64,000 nucleotides of DNA from Atractiella rhizophila (taxonomy: Eukaryota), in assembly GCA_021432655.1 (NCBI GenBank), contig MU271384.1, positions 1 through 64,000 on the forward strand, read 5' to 3'. A program made the translations under genes and the position numbers. Shown piece by piece: positions 56,368-64,000 of this stretch; position 1 is the stretch's first letter, and every line of letters starts with the position of its first letter. The notes under the pieces were generated by a model. It made no database searches. It was given only the letters and a program-made list of their open reading frames with translations, and was not told the origin of the DNA.

Positions 56368-56457
56368 TTCGATACCACTTCGAAGGTGAATTTGAAGCAA
56401 AAACTCAGAGAGACTGGGGAAGGGCAACTCTGAGCCTTTAAGGAGTTCTCACCAGGC

Positions 56458-56660
56458 TGTTCTATGATTGGCTTAGGCTGAGCTCAGGGGTTCCATCTCC
56501 AGCGAGGCTCTTGTTGCCCAATTCACTGCATAAATTTGCTTTCCCAATCAGCTGCATTCAATTCAATCAGGACACTCACTGTTGATGGAATTCCAGGGAC
56601 TAGACGCACCTGCATTATCCCCGCCTCTCATTCATCAATCGCAACTCGATCAATCTCGCC
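56458..56660 (-). promoter_or_regulatory. Promoter of paralog 1, with blocks conserved in the paralog 2 promoter (CCAAT box)
   Basis: TGTTCTATGATTGGCTTAGGC (56458-56478) and TGTTGATGGAATTCC (56580-56594) are identical upstream of paralog 2. Confidence 0.65.
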
Positions 56661-57117
56661 GCGTGAATGGGGCAAAGGGTGGGCCAGAATTCTCAGGACA
56701 AAGGATGCGCGAATATGAACAATACCTTAGTGGCTGTCTCAACGCGTTAGGCACTGGCAGTGTTCAGCAATTTCGCCCAGGAGAGGAAGCCCATCGAATT
56801 GCTCGAGGTGCTCGAAACTATTGCAATACGCTGCGAGAAGTGTGTTTTTGAAATCACACCAGTAAAGCCTGGAGAAAGCGTCTACATGCGAGACTCAGCT
56901 TCTGCTTCTGCACACATTTATATTTTAAAACAAAAGAAGCACTGAGAATTCGCTTCAATTCACTGGCGACAAGTAGTCCATTTCGGAAAGAGAACATGGA
57001 TGATATCGGAAAGTTCTATCCCGCCAGAGTCGTAGCATCAATTTCAAGACAACATCAACCACACCAGAGAATCCCGTAAAGTGTCCATTTCAACGTAACA
57101 TCATGAATATCATCATT

Positions 57118-58444
57118 TTATCCAAACAACCACCAAAAGCCAAACACACATCCCAAAGATGCCACCGAAGCACCAATCCAGTTCCCTCGTCCTAATACGT
57201 CAGCGCTGCTCACTTCAAGAAGCTGTCCGGTCGCGATTGGGACGTAGGTGGTGGAACCACCCACCACCTTTGGGCTGAAAGTGACCAGTTGTGTATGTCC
57301 ATTTATGATGATCGGACGGACGGGGAGGAAAGTGGTCGTGCCGTGCAAGACGGTCGGTCGGTATGTCTGGGTGTAGCTAGAACCATCGAAGACGGTGGGG
57401 ACGACGATGATGGGAGTCGTCCCGGCAGAAGTTATCTTTGTAGTGACTGGAAGGGCAGGGATGGGCAGGCTGGCAGAGATACCTTCGGTCACAGTGAATC
57501 CGGGTGCTTGCGTAGTGGAGGGAGACATAGTCGAAGAGGATCCGCCCGCTTCTGGCGGGCCCAAGGGAGGCGTCACGTTAGTCGAAGAGGATTCGCTGGG
57601 TGCTGACGGGCCTAAGGGAGACGTCACGTCAGTCGAAGGGGATTCGCTGGCTGTTGACGTGATCAAGGGAGAGGTCACACCGGGCAGAGAGGGCAAGCTG
57701 GTGTCTGAAGTGGGAGTGAGAGAGGGAGTGGGCCTGTCGGTCAGAGAGGGTAAGCTAGAGCTTGGGACGGAAGTGATGAAAGGAGACAGAGTCGAGCTCT
57801 AAAGTCACCGTTGAGCGAAAGGCGGGGAAGAACGAAAAGGACGTACAACTTCCCCTGTTTCGCTTGGTCCAGTTAAAGGACCCGTGGAAGAGTCGGTGAC
57901 AAGCGGAGTCTGTGCGGTCGTCGAAGAGGGTGGATTGATCGAAGGTGGATTCGTAGAATCAGGTTGATTTGTGGTAGGAGGGTTGGAAGGAGTATCAGTG
58001 GGAGGGTTGGAAGGGGTATCAGTAGGGGGGTTAGAGGGGGTATCAGGGGGAGGGTTAGAGGGAGTATCAGTGGGAGGGTTAGAGGGAGTATCAGTGGGAG
58101 GATTGGAGGGGGAATTCATAGAAGGAGCATCGGTAGGTTGAATTACCTATTGGTTCAAATCAGCGGGGTCATCGCCTTTCCAGATGCGTCCGTACAGGGT
58201 CAGCCGACAGAGTGCCAATGGAAGGATCAGAGGCCTATGGGAAAACCACGAACAAAACGAAACGCACAGGGATTGTTGTCACTGGACCTTCACCACCACC
58301 ATCCGTAGTAGGATTGGAGCCCGAATCAGGTTGAGAAGGACTGACAGCCGGCGGAGCGACGTCGGTTGAAGGATCAGACTGGGGTAAACTGAAGATGGAA
58401 TGTGGGAGGAGGAGGAGGAGGAAGCAAAGAGCAAGATGCCCCAT
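57118..58444 (-). CDS. Secreted Pro/Thr/Ser-rich, probably GPI-anchored cell-surface protein (paralog 2)
   Basis: Signal peptide MGHLALCFLLLLLPHSIFS, same intron positions as paralog 1, shared GSTTY(I/V)PIATGQL and C-terminal CVFGFWWLFG. Confidence 0.8.
57973..58110 (-). repeat. 24-nt coding minisatellite, 5 full copies plus a partial copy, encoding NPPTDTPS
   Basis: The + strand shows repeated GGAGTATCAGTGGGAGGGTTAGAG-like units. Confidence 0.92.
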
Positions 58445-58531
58445 ATTATTCAAGTTCACCTCAAGGAGAGTAGAGCGAACGAGAGTGGAAGAGAGTTGCG
58501 TCTGCGCTTTTAAAGTCCCTTGAACACAGGT

Positions 58532-58702
58532 TGTTCTATGATTGGCTTAGGCAGTTCCAGCTCCAACTCTTAATGCATAATTCACTTGTGCCCACTCCTT
58601 TCAATCGTCCCGCCGTTGTTGATGGAATTCCGGGTACTCGACGTACCTCACCCGCATCCACCGCACTCATTCATTCACAATTGTATCATTCTCGCGATCA
58701 AT
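58532..58702 (-). promoter_or_regulatory. Promoter of paralog 2, with blocks conserved in the paralog 1 promoter (CCAAT box)
   Basis: Same 21-nt and 15-nt blocks at 58532-58552 and 58617-58631. Confidence 0.65.
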
Positions 58703-60058
58703 GTAGCCACATCAACGTCAATGTAGATATGCTGTTCGAGACCATACCCCTCGTCTGAACTCGGCTCACTCGACGCGCAAGAATTCCGAAGAACATAGGA
58801 TAATATAATGTGAAAGGCAACGCTTCCCAGAAGCCCGTAGGCACCAGACGACACAAGTGTGCTCCAGGCAAACGAATGCAACTGCTTTGCATCCATGAAC
58901 TTCCGGTCACCGCTGTTAAATGTGTTAGTTCTCCAGTGCACGAAACTCATGTCCAATTCGTTTCCAACTTTCAAACCTTCACTGTTTTCTTGAAAGTTTA
59001 CAAGTATGAAGTAAAACAGGATTAGCTCTAGCGGCCATCATCTGTATTATTGATCGGTAAAGGTCAATAAAGGTTCGCACGCATTCTTAGAAGCGTCATG
59101 AATGGGTTCACGAAAGGATGAGAGATCACAAAGAAATCAATTGATCTCTCAAAAGTCAATTGACATCTTCGATAATACACCACGTCCGCATTCATGTCTT
59201 CCTTACAACACCAACCTTTGCTCACCATCTAGCACTTTAAGCAGCAAATTAGAAAGGGATGTTTAGAAGAGGAGCGGAGAGACAACATGACACGAATTGG
59301 AAGGAGAGACGTGCTCACCGGTAATTCCCCGTATTACTTGGTTTCCTGCACAGCGTTTCCATTCAGAAATAACGCTAATTCCATCCTAAGCCTCACGATC
59401 ACACTCCTGAATGCTACTATTCCGTTCACCTATTCTGTTCATAGTGATGGTGCAGCCGCTGTTGCCTGCCCTTTGGCCTCGTTTTCGTACTCAACTAGGC
59501 TTCAGCGGCTCCATTCCTAGCACTTACGCGGCCTTGAGCCAGTCAAGCTGAGATCAAAGCTGCCAACGCTGCCGGAGTGCTGTAACTTGTAACTTGTAGT
59601 GTTGTCCTGTGAATAAGGTTCTCGGCGCATTATTTCATCACATCTGACAATCTGTCCCTCCTTGTTTAGGACGTTCGTTCATGGCTTTCGTGCCAGATCT
59701 TTGGAAGATTTGATTGAGACTTGGGAGCAAAGGGATATGGCTTAGAACGCTTCCTGTCCGAAAGGTTTAAAGCTTTAAAGCCTAGGATTTGAAACAGCCT
59801 GATTCCTCAGGCTTCGAATATTGGCATAGTGGAGGAATCTTGTGCGTCATCGCACTGCCAAAGGCGTCCAAGCTTTCATGCTCAAGCTGCGATCCACCTC
59901 GCGCGTTTCACAACCCTTTGATGCCATCCGGACACATGATATCGTTTCGAGGTCCCTCTGCTTGTATCTTTAGCTTGGATACAAAAGACGAGGCATCTAC
60001 TATGGCGGTTGTCTTCTTCCTCCACCTTTCAGTTTGACTAGTTTTGAAGCACAACAAG

Positions 60059-61932
60059 ATGCGCGCAACCTTCTTTTCTTCCCTCCTCACGTCCGCTCTC
60101 GCCTTCTCCCTTCCTTTCGTTAAAGAGAGGAATCGGGACTCAACTGTGGCCACTTTCAATTCTCTTTCTCAGCGACAATTGAGCGAGAAAGGTGTATATG
60201 CCCATTTCATGTTTGGGATAATTTCTTCCTACACTGCGGCCGATTGGGAGAAAGACATCTCTCTGGCGAAGGCAGTTGGGATCGATGCCTTTGCATTGAA
60301 CGCTGGAAAGGATGATCACAACGACGCTCAATTAACACTTGCCTACGGTAGGTTCACCGTGACCTTAGGCCGCATTGTCTCATAAACGGTGCTCTGGGAA
60401 GACGCGGCTGACAAGCTTGGATTCAAGCTTTTCATCTCATTTGATTTCGCGTATTGGACAACCGGAGGTCAGGCTTCTTTTCTTTTCTTTGCTACACGTC
60501 TTAAAACAATCCAATACAGATATCTCAACGATCGCCACCTACCTGAACACATACGGCACGCGCTCTTCGCAACTCAAAGTCGGCGATAGAGCATTCGTCT
60601 CGACCTTCATTGGTGACGGTGTGCGTCCATTCTTTGAATTTTCTTTCTTCCTTTCTCAAATTGACGGATATATGATAACAGTTCGACTGGCGGGCTGTTG
60701 AAGCCCAATCTATTCCCCTCTTTGCTTGCCCCAACTGGCAACCGGGTTCCTTCTCCACCGCTGCCTCAGATTGTGGTTTTAGCTGGGATGCTGTGCGCTG
60801 TCCATTCCTTCCCACAGGACATTTGTTGATGGAGGAACGGGGTAGTGGCCGACGACTAATAATCAACCTATCAACCAGAATAAAACGACCGCTTCTGATG
60901 TCAATTATATCAATTCCCTTGGAGGCAAGCCTTACATGGTGAGTTGACTTTGACTGTTTGACATACTTTCGCTGATGTAACTGCCTTTAGATGCCCGTTT
61001 CTCCTTGGTTCTTTACTCATTACGGCCCTGATCTTTACAATAAAAATTGGGCTTTTCTGAGCGACTTCTTGTGGCAGTACGCTGTTCCTCTAACCTGTTG
61101 TCACTGGGTCTCAATACGTGATGTTACAGATCGAGATGGCAGCAAATCCTGGATATTTCTCCTCAATACGTTGAAATCATCACTTGGAATGGTGCGTCCG
61201 TGTCCCTCCAGACGAAACATTAGATGGTTGAAGCGTTGGTGACCATTAGACTTTGGTGAATCGCACTACGTCGGTCCTCTCCATCCTGAGAATCCTTCGG
61301 TCTATGCGCCAAATGGACAGGAGAATGGTGCAAAGAAATGGGTCTGTTGCCTTTTCCCTACCGTTCTTTCCATTTTAGGCTCATACAAGAGAATAGGTCG
61401 AGGGCATGGACCATTCGGCATGGATGGATGTTGCCGCTCCTTACATCAAAGCCTATAAAGCTGGAGCATCCTCACCCACGGTTGAGGTGCGCTACCATCT
61501 CTTGTCTTCGCTCTGACTTCACTTTATCTCACACGGTTAGCTAATAGGTAGACGAGATTGTGTACTATTATCATCTCTCCAGCAAGGCCGCAGCTTGTTC
61601 TGACGCGGTAGGACCACCAACTGGCGCCGACTTCCCGCTAGACAATGTTTTCGCGACTATTCTCGCCTCTGCCCCGGCAACTGTAATCGTGAATGGACAG
61701 AGGGCGGACGTCCAGGCTGGCATCACAACTGTTGTTGGGCCGCTGAATGTTGGGGCACCAACTTGTGTGTTTTCTTCTTTCCTGAGTCCTTTCGAGACTA
61801 AACTCTTTGGTTGGGACAGTCGAGTTTCAGAGGGATGGAACTACCTTATTCAGTGGAACTGGTGGAAAAGAGATTACCGCTGAGCGCACCGTGCAACCTT
61901 ACAATGCATTTGTTGGCGCTATCAAGGCTTGA
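60059..61932 (+). CDS. Secreted glycoside hydrolase family 71 alpha-1,3-glucanase (mutanase), multi-exon
   Basis: Signal peptide, VYAHFMFG, DISLAKAVGIDAFALN, FKLFISFDF, PVSPWFFTHYG, EIITWN|DFGESHYVGP, YNAFVG. Confidence 0.93.
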
Positions 61933-62000
61933 ATGCCACGTACTCCAATACAATGCTGTTGATAGCTTTCTTTCGTTTGAAACGATCTTTTACTCAAACC

Positions 62001-63065
62001 CTACTCCCCGCTCGTGTAAATGTCCTTGAGACGAGGAAACAGCTCCAAAGCTCCGGCATAGTCTACACTCTCCTTCTCTTCCTTTTGCAACTCCATCTCA
62101 TCCAGACATTTAGAGAAAAACCTCAAAGCCTCGTCCGCCGCGTTTGGAAAACTCGCATCACTACCAAATAGGATGTGTCCCGGTTCCATGAATTCCCTGA
62201 GAAGACTGAAAGTTGTGCGATGGGACGCAAGAGCGGTATCAACGTAAAAGGTCTTCGCTGACTCCTCGATTTCTTCGAACGACAGCCCTGCCTTGTTTCC
62301 AAGCTCAGGCTGGAGGAATAAGCCAGCAGTACGGTAAAGAAGCCACGGAAGAGTACCACCAGCGTGAGATAGGATCAGCTTGCAGTTGGGGACAGAACGC
62401 AGTGCGCCACTCAGGATGAGGTCCATCGCTGTCCTCCCCGTCTCGTGAGGATAGTCAAAGCTAAATTGAGGGAGATTGGAGTTAGCGAGTGAGGGATCGC
62501 ATGCCATCGTTGGGTGGATTAGCACGACCGATTTCCGTCGATTCAGCTCTTCCCAAACGGGTTTAAATGCAGGATGTCCAAGATAATGTGGCCCATCGCT
62601 ATCCAAACGTTCCTGTCCATCAGAAGGAGCATCGTAGCGGGTAAAGATAATGACACCGTCTGCGTGAAGAACATCAAACGCATGTTCAAGCTCCTGCAGG
62701 CACAACTTGGTTTCGAAAAGTGAAGGAAGGGAAGCGAAGAATCCATAGTGAACGGGGTCAGAGTCTCGAATGCGAGCTCCCTCTTGATTTATGGCTCTGG
62801 CTAGCTGCGCCGCTTTCAGTGGATCCGTCTCGACGGTAGGACCAGGGCTCGTGGCTGAGAGGATGGCGGTCTTCACACCTATGGAATTGCAGAGTGCGCG
62901 GTCATGTTCAATAACAAGAGGATCGAAATGCTGGTCTTCGATCCCACGAGATTTCGCCAATGCTGTTGCGGATTTCTGTAAATGGACCAGCTTTAGGCTC
63001 GACGAGAACTTACATTCCGAATAGGCAGGAGGATGGAAATGATGGTGCACGTCGATTCTTGACAT
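62001..63065 (-). CDS. Amidohydrolase_2 family metal-dependent decarboxylase (6-methylsalicylate/ACMSD-like), with one short in-frame intron near the 5' end
   Basis: IDVHHH metal motif, YGFFASLP, VLIHP, ILSHAGGTLP, FYVDTA, ILFGSD. Confidence 0.9.
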   Translation of the reverse strand: MSRIDVHHHFHPPAYSECKFSSSLKLVHLQKSATALAKSRGIEDQHFDPLVIEHDRALCNSIGVKTAILSATSPGPTVETDPLKAAQLARAINQEGARIRDSDPVHYGFFASLPSLFETKLCLQELEHAFDVLHADGVIIFTRYDAPSDGQERLDSDGPHYLGHPAFKPVWEELNRRKSVVLIHPTMACDPSLANSNLPQFSFDYPHETGRTAMDLILSGALRSVPNCKLILSHAGGTLPWLLYRTAGLFLQPELGNKAGLSFEEIEESAKTFYVDTALASHRTTFSLLREFMEPGHILFGSDASFPNAADEALRFFSKCLDEMELQKEEKESVDYAGALELFPRLKDIYTSGE

Positions 63066-64000
63066 CCTGAAGTAATACAGTCACTGCAACGATGTCTGAT
63101 TATTTGACTGAGTGATAGACGCTAAGCGCTCAATTTGATTGAGTGGGGGCTGATAAAGCAGAAGCTTTTATCCATTCCGCCATAGGTCAACGGACCGTGG
63201 CCGATTGGGAGCGGAGAAAATGCCGGATGTTCTGAAGAAGCGAAAAGTTGCTTAAGAAACCAATGCAGGTGCAGGACTAAATAGATCATGGAGCCAGATC
63301 AAACAAGAGTAGAACAGAATCTTGCAGTTTGAGAATGAGCGAGAATCCCGCTGTGGAAGTGACTTGTCCAGCAAACGACAACCTGAGGACCCATACATGC
63401 CTTCCAAAGCGGAATGACGACTGGGACAAGGAACTCTCGCCTTAGCTTCCAGACAACTGTCGACTGAGCCAGGGACAAGCTAGGGATGCACTTTGGGACG
63501 TCTAAACTCTGCAACACACGAACTTGGTCATGGAACGACAAAGAGGCGTGGATGATTGAAACAGTGATGCTCTGAAATACAATTGCTTTCAGAGAATAAT
63601 CTAGAGATTTTGGATAACTCTCTCGTCTGAAGTGCAGTCAGGCAGTCTATAAAGTCATAAATTACAGGAAAGCGGTTTTGGAAGGGAATAAGAATGTAAT
63701 TTCGCCTTCATAAATTTAGGCGGCATTTTTCCCACGTTGAGTAGTGTTGCGCACAACAGAGGCATTAGCAACTTTTACAAAATCAGCATTCAACATTCCA
63801 ACACCGCTTTTGGCCTGCAATCACTATCAACAGAAGCTCATACACAGTCAAGTCCAGCGATGATTGCACGACTGCTTCAAGTTTGAGGGGATCCTACACG
63901 AGACGGGGAACATTACAGTATGCGACCCACTGTGTAAACCGTTCAGAGTAATTCAAACTCGCATCCCTGTTCCTTTTCGTCTCCTCGTCTCACATCTTCC

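Noticed and set aside
57973..58110. GGGTTAG-containing repeats resembling telomeric or CRISPR arrays
   Set aside because: They are contiguous 24-nt coding repeats for NPPTDTPS with no spacers and no (TTAGGG)n run.

Overview
Intron-rich, gene-dense fungal nuclear DNA. It is probably a basidiomycete, inferred from short (~45-75 nt) GT-AG introns with GTGCGT/GTTCGT/GTACGT donors; the species cannot be fixed from sequence alone. About 19 protein genes can be assembled by eye: DNAJC9-like co-chaperone, ATP2, insulysin/Ste23, a DUF3292/GRAM-like membrane protein, a histidine phosphatase, an RWD-RBR E3 ligase, a SIT4-associating (SAPS) subunit, kinesin-4, FAHD1, an SDR, an RTA1 protein, CDC6, MDV1/CAF4, a Syt1-like Sec7-PH ARF-GEF, a long disordered orphan, a tandem pair of secreted/GPI-type Pro/Thr proteins, a GH71 glucanase and an amidohydrolase-2 decarboxylase. 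I found no supportable tRNA, rRNA, CRISPR array or transposon. The main unexplained signal is that the few long introns (220-1650 nt) mostly sit at a purine-to-pyrimidine strand-skew switch, the same signature seen at the real divergent promoters. The DNAJC9 long intron also carries three GACGCGTC (MCB-like) boxes and a foldable hairpin/pseudoknot, and the insulysin long intron hides a poison micro-exon. All exon boundaries were read manually and are unverified by transcripts.
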